Source: a virus. Taken from it: a stretch of 36,348 bases of DNA. The position numbers and the translations under genes were made by a program. The stretch covers positions 1 to 36,348 of IMG/VR virus record IMGVR_UViG_3300020050_017826; one strand, written 5' to 3'. This document shows positions 6,244-15,011 of the stretch, in pieces; within the stretch, counting starts at the first letter, position 1, and each line of letters opens with the position of its first letter. The notes below the pieces were generated by a model, which saw only the letters and a program-made list of their open reading frames with translations, ran no database searches and was not told the DNA's origin.

Positions 6244-7202
6244 CCAACTCGCTCGCTTTCTTCACTTTTAGGTTCTACTTCTTCTTCCACTTGCGCTACT
6301 TCATCCACATTCACATCACTCAGTATGATCTTCTCCTCCTCTTCAAAGTATGTTGGTAGGTTTTCTTCCGTCAGAAGTCCACTTTGAAGTTTGCTCAAGA
6401 GCTTATCTAGAGTTGGATTTTCTCTAGGCTTAGACGCAATCTGCTGGAAAACATGCTTCCCAACGTGCCCAGGGCGTACACTTTGAGGCCACCAAGTATG
6501 CTCACCCACGGTTTGAGCCAGGCGACAAAAAAATACATCTTCCGTGCCCATGTGTCCTAACTTTGTAGCTCCACATTGGAAAAACTCAAAAATTTTGCTT
6601 TCAGGTTGGTTTGGTTCGCGTTCAACTTCGATATCAGGGTGAGCGCTGGCAATTTTGCCGAACACTTCACGATGAACGAAGAGTAGTCCGGCTCCTAGCG
6701 AATCCACACGCACGCACTCTTTTTGGTCTTCATGGAAGTTCTCGCCAGTGTCGTCGATTAAGGGTATACCGTTCATCCTAGAAGCATAAAACGGAAGCTC
6801 ATCACTACTCACTCCACTCCTTGCAGCAGTTCGTATTAGAGCCCAATCCAGCTTCTTGAAAGAGTAATTCCCACCGCACACACGTTTGCCTTGGATCATC
6901 CACGTCCAAAGGGTAAGTACATCTTGCGGCGTAAAAGCCATATCCGAGTCAACATAAAGAACCGCTTGGTATGTGGGATCTTCCATCACAATCTTGGCGG
7001 CTTTGTTTCGAGCATGGGTGATGAACTCATTCGCGGTCACGGCGAGCTCAAATTTTACCGGCCAGTGTTGGGATGCTGCCGCCAACATCGCGATGGAGTT
7101 CATGGTTTGGTAGTGAACTTCGCCATTGTACGCGGCCATACTTAAAAGAACTTTAAACCTGGGTTGCTTTTCCTTGCGTCGTACCTTTTCTTTACTTCTC
7201 AT
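6240..7202 (-). CDS. Glycosyltransferase (GT-A fold, DxD type) with acidic C-terminal tail
   Basis: 320 aa. N-terminal KVLLSMAAYNG, DxD motif in LYVDSDMAF and a downstream TEDVFFC motif, as in family-2-like glycosyltransferases. The C-terminus is EEEE/VEEEVE-rich. Confidence 0.55.
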   Translation of the reverse strand: MRSKEKVRRKEKQPRFKVLLSMAAYNGEVHYQTMNSIAMLAAASQHWPVKFELAVTANEFITHARNKAAKIVMEDPTYQAVLYVDSDMAFTPQDVLTLWTWMIQGKRVCGGNYSFKKLDWALIRTAARSGVSSDELPFYASRMNGIPLIDDTGENFHEDQKECVRVDSLGAGLLFVHREVFGKIASAHPDIEVEREPNQPESKIFEFFQCGATKLGHMGTEDVFFCRLAQTVGEHTWWPQSVRPGHVGKHVFQQIASKPRENPTLDKLLSKLQSGLLTEENLPTYFEEEEKIILSDVNVDEVAQVEEEVEPKSEESERVG

Positions 7203-7524
7203 GTTTTTTGCTCCTTTTTCCTTTTGTGCTTTTCTCTACGTTTTTAAAAATAGTTCGGCTTTTGGTGTAGTACTTTGTCCACTTTGCAAGGTTTCGATAC
7301 CCTAGGACTTTGGAACCTAGAAAAAACATAGTTGACTTTGGGATGGAAATGTTGCTGGGGAGTCTCTCGCGGGGATCGACCATGAAGTATTCAATCTGGT
7401 TTTTCACCAAATCTATACGCTCCCCAGTGGGGGTCATGATCAAACTCAATCCTTCCGTAGCGAGAAAATCCAAACACTCAAAACTCATGCGTGAGCCACT
7501 TTTAAAAACAACTTCAATTTGCAT
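7192..7524 (-). CDS. Hypothetical protein
   Basis: 110 aa with ATG preceded by GGAGG. Confidence 0.55.
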   Translation of the reverse strand: MQIEVVFKSGSRMSFECLDFLATEGLSLIMTPTGERIDLVKNQIEYFMVDPRERLPSNISIPKSTMFFLGSKVLGYRNLAKWTKYYTKSRTIFKNVEKSTKGKRSKKHEK

Positions 7525-7560
7525 CTATGCCTCCATCTTAACTTATGATCACCTGAAAAT

Positions 7561-8757
7561 CTAAACCTTTTTCACCAAACGTACGAAAATCTTCTCCCCC
7601 TCCGTGAAACGTTCAAGAACTATGCCAATTGCACTCATCACTAGCTTTGTAGCCACGCTGAAGTCTGGGAAGAAATTACGCTGCACACTTTCCTCAATCA
7701 AAATCTTGAGTTCTACTTTCTCTCTCCCACGCATAAGTCTGGGAAGAATGTTGAAATCCTTTGTAGGAAAAAGATTCATCACACTGCGCTTCAAATCACT
7801 CACCATCGCATACGCTTCCTCAACGTCTTGGGGTAAGATTTCCATCCTTCCTTTTGAAAGCGCAAGGATCATGCTCACCTTCACCACGTGGGGAAATTTT
7901 CGTGCCAAAAACTCACTCTCGAAAAGTCGATTTTCCGTCTCAGTTTCTTCTGCGATGAGATCGAACTTTTCTTCCAAAACCTTGTCCGCGCTTGGGTGGA
8001 TTTTTACTTCACCCCTGAGGGAAGCTATCCACTGAAGCCTAGGAAGCATTTTATTCACAAGTATGGTGTCAAGCTCTGGACGTTTGTACACTCCCCTTAC
8101 GGAAGTATCGCGGAAAACAGGTAAAAAACGGCTCAAGAAGCCGGTGTTGCCGACTTGGAGTAGCTTTGTTTCCATCAAAGCATCTCGAGTGGTACACCCA
8201 AGCACTGTCACGGCCGGATTGGGGATGGTGATGTGACCTCCACTTATGGTGTGCTTCTCGAATGGCTCTCCCGGAAGGCGAGTGTCGTAAAGGGCCAGGA
8301 GAAGATCCAAAGGCGACCCACCTCCGATGTCACGCAAAATCGTGATGAACTCTTTCACTAGCATAAAAATCGGAGTCTGAAGCTTGTCGGTGCTTCCATC
8401 AGAATATTTCAAAAGCGACACCAACCACGCAGCAGGAGTCATGATGTCTGGGCTCAAGTTCAACTCATGGTGTAGGAGTTTGGAGAAAATTGAAACCGGA
8501 GCCTTGGCTACGGAGCTTTTCTTGGAAGCTGGAGGTCCCACGAACATGATGTAAAGTGTGGGGTACTCATATTCCATCCCACTTTTCGCAAAAACCCGTC
8601 TTCCCAAAAGCGCACCCAGGAATGCAATGAAACTCCACCGTACAAAGTCTTCATCCCACTTTTCTCTCTTCACCAGCTCAACATACTGACTTAAGAGAGA
8701 AATTTCACTATGATTTTGATTAGGAGTATTATCCACATTCACCCCAATTGGTGCCAC
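7561..8757 (-). CDS. DUF3987-like P-loop protein (replicative helicase candidate)
   Basis: 398 aa with a GTG start. P-loop-like FVGPPASKKSS and a later GFLSRFLPVF motif recall the DUF3987 / primase-helicase C-terminal family (from memory). Lies immediately downstream of the polymerase gene. Confidence 0.5.
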   Translation of the reverse strand: MAPIGVNVDNTPNQNHSEISLLSQYVELVKREKWDEDFVRWSFIAFLGALLGRRVFAKSGMEYEYPTLYIMFVGPPASKKSSVAKAPVSIFSKLLHHELNLSPDIMTPAAWLVSLLKYSDGSTDKLQTPIFMLVKEFITILRDIGGGSPLDLLLALYDTRLPGEPFEKHTISGGHITIPNPAVTVLGCTTRDALMETKLLQVGNTGFLSRFLPVFRDTSVRGVYKRPELDTILVNKMLPRLQWIASLRGEVKIHPSADKVLEEKFDLIAEETETENRLFESEFLARKFPHVVKVSMILALSKGRMEILPQDVEEAYAMVSDLKRSVMNLFPTKDFNILPRLMRGREKVELKILIEESVQRNFFPDFSVATKLVMSAIGIVLERFTEGEKIFVRLVKKV

Positions 8758-11029
8758 TCTTCACTTCCCATTTGATTGATATTTTACCCCTAGGATACTC
8801 CAAGATGACACTGCTGGCTACTTCTAAGAAAAGTCGCTTCAAGTCATCCAGATATTCCGGTAAGACTTCATACAAAACAGAATCATGACCCATGTGGAGA
8901 AGTTGCGTTTGCCATTTTGCGGGAACTTCATTCCAAAGCACCTCAAGGACCTTATTCGTCACATCCGGAATGGTGCTTTGAGGTTCCCATGCAAGCCATT
9001 CATTCAGGTTCATCACGTTTCGATCCTGAGGGACGTAGTGTCGCCCAAAGGGGTTCTTCAGTCCAACCCCAGTCACACACGCAATCCTCACTCGCTCGTG
9101 CCATTTTCTCACGGCTGGGAAAAGCGTATGCCAGCTTTCAAGCAAAAGCTTGCTCTTAGCAAGAGTGACGATTTCACCAGTAGAGGTGAACAGAAGATCC
9201 TGGAGCATCTTCTCAAAAAGCCCATAACTTCCTCCGTGTGTAACACTTTTGTACGCTTGGCGGATGCGCTTCTTTTCAGCTTTGTCTGTGATGGAATCAA
9301 ATTCCAATCCAGTCACCAAGGGGTGAAGATGACGAGCAACCAGGGTGTGTACGTCAGGTTCAGCTTTAGTCACTTCCGCGAGCAATCTTTCGTCCCCACT
9401 CAAAAACCCCACCGCAACACTCTCAGCGCTGCTTTGGTCAGCGGCCAGGAGCATCTTCCCCGGCGAAGGGATGATGCACTTTCTGAATGCCCCACGAGGA
9501 AAGGTATGCACATTTATCCCTTCCCCGGTGATGTGGATGCTGGAGCTAGGACGGCCGGTTTTAGTGCCTTCAATCTTGTATGAGTACAAAACAGGGTTCT
9601 TCAAGCGAGAGAAGGAACTGAGCTTTTTCTTCTCCTTGGAATACTTAACCAAATTCCCCACAAGCTCACTTTGGGGGTGAGTTGGATTCTTGTACATCCA
9701 CTTCAAAAGTGCCAAGGAAGACGCGCTTTCTTTGTCTTTAGTCTTATGATTACGCGGAAGGGTGATGTTGAGTTGTTTTAGGACTTGGAGCACTTGGGAG
9801 GGGCTGGATGGGTTGAAGTTTTGAGTCACTTTTGAGCTCTCATGCTTCCATCCTTTTTCATAAATCTTGCCGGTCTTTTTGTCCACCCTGGTGTTCTTGC
9901 CTTCTTCCATCACCTCGACATCTAGCTCCTTTGCACGTTTCTTTTTCTTCACGTTCTTCATTGTGAGGAAACCAGCGAAGGAGGGTAAAAGCGCTTCTAG
10001 CTTCATCTTGGCTTCCGTGCACCACGCTTTGTGAGCGGCTTCATCCAAAGGCACACCACGGTGGATCATACTCTGGATAGCCGGAAAGAGAGCTGGGCGG
10101 TTTTTCATCCAATACTCGTAAGACCCACTAAGCTTTAAGCGTCGTTCAAGTTCGAGAAAAATCTCCCCAGTATGCACAACATCCAGCACGTTGTACTTGA
10201 TGCGATCAAACTCTCCGCCCACGTTTGTGCGCTTCCACGCGTATGTGCTTAGGTATATTTGCCCAAGAAACTCTAGGTCTTTCACGATGTCTGGGTTTAG
10301 AATGTTCGCCATGTGGATGGTGTCATACACCTTACACCGAGTTTCAATCTTGAATTGATTCCAAAGCGCCCAAGAGTCAAACGTGAAGTTCTGACCCACT
10401 ACAATGCTGGATGGATTACCCAAGAGTGAGCGAAGAGCACTTATACCACCATTCCATGTATCGAATGGTTGTATGTCGTGGCTAAAGATCCAAGGATTGC
10501 TAAGGTCATCCAACCGTGCCACACTGAAGCGCTCGAGGTCGCACTTAGGTCCGCTGGTTTCGATGTCACACACGAGGGGTACTTGAAGGGATGGCCAAAG
10601 CTCAAAATCCCTAGGATCATAGTTATAATTAATAGCGCGCTCAGGCTCGAATTTTCCTCCAATTTTCTCGAGCGCGCTTTGGAGTAGGGCCGGATACTCT
10701 TTGGCTTTGAAGATGTACGCCGGGTGAACGGTGAACATGGTCGGAACATCACACCCCCGCATCCAATAATTACACCCCTCGTCAAACTTACCCATGTATG
10801 TGGGTGGTGCCCCTAACCAAAGCACACGATCAAAAGTTGTGAAGGAAGTGGAAAACTCTACGCCGGGGATTTGAGATAGGATGTTGAAAAACCCTCTCGT
10901 ATACGGACCACTCAAAGGAGTTTTTTCTAGGTGTGTTTTTACATTTGTACGTAAGAGTACGCGCATCATGGTCCTTTGTTCATGAGTAGAATCAAAAAAG
11001 TGGTGGGGTACATCCCAATACCCCACCAT
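8729..11029 (-). CDS. Family A DNA polymerase with 3'-5' exonuclease domain and N-terminal UDG-like domain
   Basis: 766 aa. Exo I CDIETSG and Exo II QNFTFDSWAL. Pol motif A LLAADQSSAESVAV, motif B RQAYKSVTHGGSYG, motif C HMGHDSVLYE. The N-terminus has LGAPPTYMGKFDEG and VHPAYIFK, resembling family-4 UDG motifs. Confidence 0.9.
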   Translation of the reverse strand: MVGYWDVPHHFFDSTHEQRTMMRVLLRTNVKTHLEKTPLSGPYTRGFFNILSQIPGVEFSTSFTTFDRVLWLGAPPTYMGKFDEGCNYWMRGCDVPTMFTVHPAYIFKAKEYPALLQSALEKIGGKFEPERAINYNYDPRDFELWPSLQVPLVCDIETSGPKCDLERFSVARLDDLSNPWIFSHDIQPFDTWNGGISALRSLLGNPSSIVVGQNFTFDSWALWNQFKIETRCKVYDTIHMANILNPDIVKDLEFLGQIYLSTYAWKRTNVGGEFDRIKYNVLDVVHTGEIFLELERRLKLSGSYEYWMKNRPALFPAIQSMIHRGVPLDEAAHKAWCTEAKMKLEALLPSFAGFLTMKNVKKKKRAKELDVEVMEEGKNTRVDKKTGKIYEKGWKHESSKVTQNFNPSSPSQVLQVLKQLNITLPRNHKTKDKESASSLALLKWMYKNPTHPQSELVGNLVKYSKEKKKLSSFSRLKNPVLYSYKIEGTKTGRPSSSIHITGEGINVHTFPRGAFRKCIIPSPGKMLLAADQSSAESVAVGFLSGDERLLAEVTKAEPDVHTLVARHLHPLVTGLEFDSITDKAEKKRIRQAYKSVTHGGSYGLFEKMLQDLLFTSTGEIVTLAKSKLLLESWHTLFPAVRKWHERVRIACVTGVGLKNPFGRHYVPQDRNVMNLNEWLAWEPQSTIPDVTNKVLEVLWNEVPAKWQTQLLHMGHDSVLYEVLPEYLDDLKRLFLEVASSVILEYPRGKISIKWEVKSGTNWGECG

Positions 11030-11039
11030 CTCGAGCCGG

Positions 11040-11486
11040 TTACTTCGCTTTAGGTTTGTAAACCTTCACGTTCGTAAACCCAGCTTCGTTCTTTTTGACT
11101 TTGATGTCCACCGTAGCAGCTTCTTCAAACTCAAAAATCTCACCACTTTCAGTCGCTTTTGCGGCTTGGTCCATGATGTATTGAACTTGGCTAGCTGCCA
11201 AACCCGTACGCAGCAACGTCTTAATCGTCTCCGCTTGGTTGTCGATCTTGCTTCCATTCTCAAACTCATACCCACCACTGATACGAAGAAAGGCGCTTAC
11301 GGGATTATACCCTTCAAATCCTTCCTTTGTGGCTTTAAAGTTCAAGATGACTGACGTTGGTTTTCCATCCGCAACATACGTACGCACAGTTTTACCCACC
11401 GTAGCGCTGTAGTTACCATCTGGTAGTTCTTGTCCTTCTTTCTCAACCTCACCTGCTAAATCATTGATCAATGTGCTAATGTCCAT
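11040..11486 (-). CDS. ssDNA-binding protein-like (DUF669-type)
   Basis: The ORF opens at a GTG (11534), but ATG 11486 has a good SD (GGAAAG). 148 aa starting MDISTL...LPDGNYSATV. Size, pattern and position next to a RecA-like ATPase match phage DUF669 proteins (from memory). Confidence 0.5.
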   Translation of the reverse strand: MDISTLINDLAGEVEKEGQELPDGNYSATVGKTVRTYVADGKPTSVILNFKATKEGFEGYNPVSAFLRISGGYEFENGSKIDNQAETIKTLLRTGLAASQVQYIMDQAAKATESGEIFEFEEAATVDIKVKKNEAGFTNVKVYKPKAK

Positions 11487-11545
11487 TTTACTTTCCTTCT
11501 TTTTTGTTTTGTTGTTATGTTGCTCTAGTGTCACTCTAGAGCTGC

Positions 11546-11568
11546 TTTTGATTCACCACGAATCAAAA
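11546..11568. repeat. Perfect 9-bp inverted repeat TTTTGATTC-ACCAC-GAATCAAAA in an intergenic gap
   Basis: Read directly. It lies between the ATPase gene stop (11589) and the SSB-like gene start. No U-tract follows on the transcribed strand. Confidence 0.7.
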
Positions 11569-11588
11569 CTGGTTTAAATCATGCTTGC

Positions 11589-12365
11589 CTAGAATTTCTC
11601 TGTTTTGAAAACCGGCGGCACTTTCACCTCTGGGTCCTTCTTGGCTATAGCGTCAAACGCGTTCCAGTACTTTGATGCAGCTATGACTCCAGCGTTGTCG
11701 GCGAGGTCAATGCGGGAAGACTTTAACCCATCTTCATTGCAAACTTTGATCTTAAGGGAATCACTCTGAGCGAAGGATAATCTTACTTTCTCCGCAAACA
11801 CAGTAGTCCAAAGGTCTGTAGCACTCCCCACTCCCACGATTTTGTATGATCCCTGTGCAAACTCCTCATGCACATTCACGATCACATTGAATGGAAGTTG
11901 TTTGAGTGCCATCATGATTGCGAGCAAAGTGTCGCGGATCCAACCAAACTTGGCCATCGTGTACTTTGGATCTTGATACTCTTTTTTCAAATCCGCAGTG
12001 TCGTTCACAAGTACAGTGAGACTCGAATACGTATCAAGCACCACCGTTTGAATTGGTAAATCCTTAGCACTCTTGAGCATCTCAATGGTTTTTAGAAACA
12101 CTTCAAGCCGCGCTCGACTTACTTCTTTGCCTTGCAAACCAATAAGGTCTGGTGGTGTGCAATCTTCCACAAGTACTTTCTCTTGAAACTCTGCTGGTAC
12201 CATAGCCAACAGTGAAGAGAAGTTTTGATCTAGGTCTAGTATAAGAACCCCACCCCAACGTAACGCTAGTCGCAACGACGCTCTACTTTTGTATGACCCG
12301 CTTGCTCCTCTTTGTAAAAGAGCCAACTTAGATGATGCTGCTACGAAATCCTTGGCATTTTTCAT
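11589..12365 (-). CDS. RecA-like ATPase (AAA_24 / Sak4-like) with degenerate Walker A
   Basis: 258 aa. Walker A-like RGASGSYKS, Walker B-like TVVLDTYSSL and a later NVIVNVHEE. Its ATG overlaps the upstream stop (ATGA). Confidence 0.5.
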   Translation of the reverse strand: MKNAKDFVAASSKLALLQRGASGSYKSRASLRLALRWGGVLILDLDQNFSSLLAMVPAEFQEKVLVEDCTPPDLIGLQGKEVSRARLEVFLKTIEMLKSAKDLPIQTVVLDTYSSLTVLVNDTADLKKEYQDPKYTMAKFGWIRDTLLAIMMALKQLPFNVIVNVHEEFAQGSYKIVGVGSATDLWTTVFAEKVRLSFAQSDSLKIKVCNEDGLKSSRIDLADNAGVIAASKYWNAFDAIAKKDPEVKVPPVFKTEKF

Positions 12366-13042
12366 TCAATCTCCTTTAATCTCAAGTTGTCGAATTTTAC
12401 ATTTTGAAGTTCAAAGCCCATGAGTGAGTTCCATTCTAGCATTCTGTATACCTCTAGTGCTGCTACGAAGGAATTCCACACCCCCGTAATGCGCTTTACG
12501 TCATAAAGTTTTGGCTCCTTGCCGGGAGGTGCCCAAATGTGAACTACCTCGAAGTCACCGGAAATTTTGCCCATTCGCTCAAGTGCCTTACCATACGCCA
12601 CTGCTTGCAACATCGCAGTAGAGCTATAATTTCGGCCAGTCTTGAGTTCCCCTACCACATCCTTACCGTTACGTTTGCCAATGATGTCACACGTTCCAGC
12701 ATACCCAGCAACATCATGATGTACTGGAACTTCTACTTCACTCACCACGATGTTGTTTGCAGCAAGCAAGTTCAACACTGCCACACCATGTTCGCTAGGA
12801 TTATCACTAAAGAGTTGCTCATGAAGTGCGCTTCCTAGGGTTGCTCGTGAGGAAGAGCGTAGTTCAATTTCCTCTGGCGGTGTGCGCTTGAACCATTCCA
12901 TGAGTTGCTTAGGCACAAAGCAACCTAGTACTTCGGTTACGCTCACTAGCTTCATCTCCCCTAGCGTATAGTGTCGTCCTTTTTTCTTATCATTAACTTG
13001 AACCAAAACTGCATCGCTACTTTTAATCATAATATCGTCCAT
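12362..13042 (-). CDS. PD-(D/E)XK nuclease (RecB/Cas4-like exonuclease)
   Basis: 226 aa. Motifs D (TCDIIG), ExK (VGELKTG) and QxxxY (LQAVAYGKAL). Confidence 0.65.
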   Translation of the reverse strand: MDDIMIKSSDAVLVQVNDKKKGRHYTLGEMKLVSVTEVLGCFVPKQLMEWFKRTPPEEIELRSSSRATLGSALHEQLFSDNPSEHGVAVLNLLAANNIVVSEVEVPVHHDVAGYAGTCDIIGKRNGKDVVGELKTGRNYSSTAMLQAVAYGKALERMGKISGDFEVVHIWAPPGKEPKLYDVKRITGVWNSFVAALEVYRMLEWNSLMGFELQNVKFDNLRLKEIE

Positions 13043-13119
13043 GTGTCTAGTTACTCTAAAGAGTTCTCAAGGAAGAATCAAGAGGGGGATGAAAAATACA
13101 TGGCATGGTTTTTGAACAT

Positions 13120-13135
13120 AGCAAACGCTATGCCG
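13120..13135 (-). promoter_or_regulatory. Weak sigma54-like site CGGCAT-AGCGT-TTGCT ahead of the replication module
   Basis: Correct GG-N10-GC spacing and a good -12 box, but a degenerate -24 box. It lies in the 85-nt gap before ATG 13042. Confidence 0.2.
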
Positions 13136-13394
13136 TGAAGTAACTCAAGAGGGAAGCGAAGAACCCTTGAGCTTTGGTGATTTCAATCTCCTTGCCCTCG
13201 CAAACTTGAATATCAGGAAGAGGAAGCTTTGCGCTGGTGAGCAACTTTTCTACAACTTCAAAATCCTCATCACATTCCAAACGGAGTTGTGCATTCTCCC
13301 CATCAAATGTGATGGAGACTTTTTCGAGGTCTTTCGAAATTGCAACCACACGCGCAAAACGTTTCTCCGCTTTCCATATGTAAGTGTTTTTCAT
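13128..13394 (-). CDS. Hypothetical protein
   Basis: 88 aa. Its ATG abuts the upstream stop. Confidence 0.5.
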   Translation of the reverse strand: MKNTYIWKAEKRFARVVAISKDLEKVSITFDGENAQLRLECDEDFEVVEKLLTSAKLPLPDIQVCEGKEIEITKAQGFFASLLSYFTA

Positions 13395-14189
13395 CTAGCC
13401 TCCACCTGGTCCACCGCTGTTGTTCCTGGCATTCCCACTCACCCTAAGCTCAAACATAGTCGCACAAAGCGTGTTCAGTCCAGATGTCGTAACCGCTAGC
13501 GCATGAAGTTGTGATGCGGGAAAGTTCTTCCCAACCACTGCACCCATGGAACCACTAAGCTGAAGTACACCGTCAATATAGTACTGAGCATCCCCAGCGC
13601 GATCGAGGACGATTCGATGTTTGTGAATCTTCATGTCCGTGAATGGGTTGGTTGCGATGTTGCCGGCTAGGTAAAAGAGTGTCCCGTCCTTAGCTTTGAG
13701 GTACATCTCAAACCTGCACGTAGCACTCTGACAGTTATCATAATAAAAATACAACCCTTGCTCGATGGAGTTGTTCACCGTGCTGAAAATTGCCCCAGTA
13801 CTTTGAAGGTTGTTTTTGTTCACATACTGCGCAATCCATTCAATCGTAAAGTCTCCGGTCCCAGGAGCTAAGGTCGTATCCGAACTTTCCAGGTAGTACC
13901 CATTTGAAACGCGGCTCAAAAAGAAAATCCCAGGGCTGACTTTTTCCAACGTAGGGTCACTATACCCAATTGGTACGCTGTAACTTAACCCAGCACTCCC
14001 TACCACTGTGGGTTTGAGGTCCACACTCCCAGCTTGGTCAAGTATGACCCCGGAAGCTTCGTTGAAAATCCACTGGGCAAGCACGTCTGGCTCAACCCCT
14101 CCTCCATTCCCAGCCGGATAACCATAATCATACACAATAGGTGCTGACCCACCTTGAGATCCAAAAATTTTCCAAATCACCCCAGCCAT
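13395..14189 (-). CDS. Virion protein with LamG/ConA-like jelly-roll domain (receptor-binding candidate)
   Basis: 264 aa. AQWIFNEASGVILDQAGSVDL resembles the start of Laminin_G_3 domains. It shares the N-terminus MAGVI..G..GG with the upstream gene. Confidence 0.45.
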   Translation of the reverse strand: MAGVIWKIFGSQGGSAPIVYDYGYPAGNGGGVEPDVLAQWIFNEASGVILDQAGSVDLKPTVVGSAGLSYSVPIGYSDPTLEKVSPGIFFLSRVSNGYYLESSDTTLAPGTGDFTIEWIAQYVNKNNLQSTGAIFSTVNNSIEQGLYFYYDNCQSATCRFEMYLKAKDGTLFYLAGNIATNPFTDMKIHKHRIVLDRAGDAQYYIDGVLQLSGSMGAVVGKNFPASQLHALAVTTSGLNTLCATMFELRVSGNARNNSGGPGGG

Positions 14190-14196
14190 AGTGCCC

Positions 14197-14682
14197 TTAT
14201 GCGAACTGTGTGACTTTCATCTCGATCAAATCCGTCGCAGTACCTTCTCCGACTCGTCTGGCAAGAGCTGGGGTTCCAGATGCTTTCGAGGCAGTTATTT
14301 TTATCTCGTACTCCCCAGGCGCACCGGTTACGGTAATAAACTGACTTATTGCGAAAGGAGAAGTTCGGTTTGCTGCTGAATTAAAATACGACAACGCTAC
14401 TGGGGTTTCTGAATCTATCTGGTATCCCAGCGCAAACGAAGAAGCACTAGCATTCTCAACCAGCTCCGCTAGGTACTCTAAATGTACAATTTCATCCGTT
14501 CGAGTTGTGGTGATGGTGCACGAAAGCCCAGTCACAGCCGTACTCCCAGCCCCAGGAGCATCTGAAAATGTTCCCGTAATCGTAAAGTTACTAGCAAGAG
14601 ATGCTTTGGTTATGGTGCTAGGGTATCCACCACCTCCCCCGCCACCACTCACACCAAGGAGATCATAAATCACGCCAGCCAT
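14197..14682 (-). CDS. Virion protein sharing the MAGVI N-terminal module
   Basis: 161 aa. MAGVIYDLLGVSGGGGGGGYP followed by Thr/Ser/Ala-rich beta-type sequence. Confidence 0.45.
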   Translation of the reverse strand: MAGVIYDLLGVSGGGGGGGYPSTITKASLASNFTITGTFSDAPGAGSTAVTGLSCTITTTRTDEIVHLEYLAELVENASASSFALGYQIDSETPVALSYFNSAANRTSPFAISQFITVTGAPGEYEIKITASKASGTPALARRVGEGTATDLIEMKVTQFA

Positions 14683-14683
14683 T

Positions 14684-15010
14684 TTAGAGATCCTTGGAGG
14701 TTACGAAAATGCCACTTATGACTGCATCTCCAGTGGTCACAACTCTCACAAGAGGGAGATCTGTTGAAACTTCCCACCCATCCGCAACCGGGCTGCCACT
14801 CACCGTAAGGTCCTTCTCACTGGATTCCAGCTTGGCCCAAAGTGTAGCCGCACCGCTCTTGGCTTCTAAGTAAAACGTCCCGCCACCCCCATCATGCTCC
14901 ACACTCACTGTGAAGCGCTTTATGTTCGCAACATCAATCGCTGCACTCGTAATAGCGGCAGCGTTCGGACTTTCCACGAGCAAATCCTTGCTCACCATAT
15001 ACTTGTTCAT
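14684..15010 (-). CDS. Small virion-associated protein (hypothetical)
   Basis: 108 aa, tightly coupled downstream of the portal gene. Confidence 0.45.
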   Translation of the reverse strand: MNKYMVSKDLLVESPNAAAITSAAIDVANIKRFTVSVEHDGGGGTFYLEAKSGAATLWAKLESSEKDLTVSGSPVADGWEVSTDLPLVRVVTTGDAVISGIFVTSKDL

Positions 15011-15011
15011 C

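Noticed and set aside
7892-7907. TGGCAC-GAAAA-TTTCC inside the helicase-like gene (same first 12 nt as the site at 27811). Also TGGCAC...TTGGC at 3382..3398 inside the capsid gene.
   Set aside because: The -12 GC is absent or offset by one base, and both sites are deep inside coding regions.
8885-9583. Long plus-strand ORF (232 aa) inside the polymerase gene. Similar antisense ORFs occur at 18919..19692, 20809..21507, 7604..8035, 4450..4752 and 10441..10785.
   Set aside because: They lie fully inside, and antisense or out of frame to, genes with clear motifs. They have Arg/Ser/Leu-rich shadow-ORF composition and no ribosome-binding sites.
14783-14798. TGGCAG-CCCGG-TTGCG inside gene 14684..15010, and TGGCAT-ATTTG-GTGCA at 26528..26543 inside the PagL-like gene.
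   Set aside because: The spacing is right, but one box in each is degenerate and both are in coding sequence. They cannot be distinguished from chance without a scored scan or transcription-start data.
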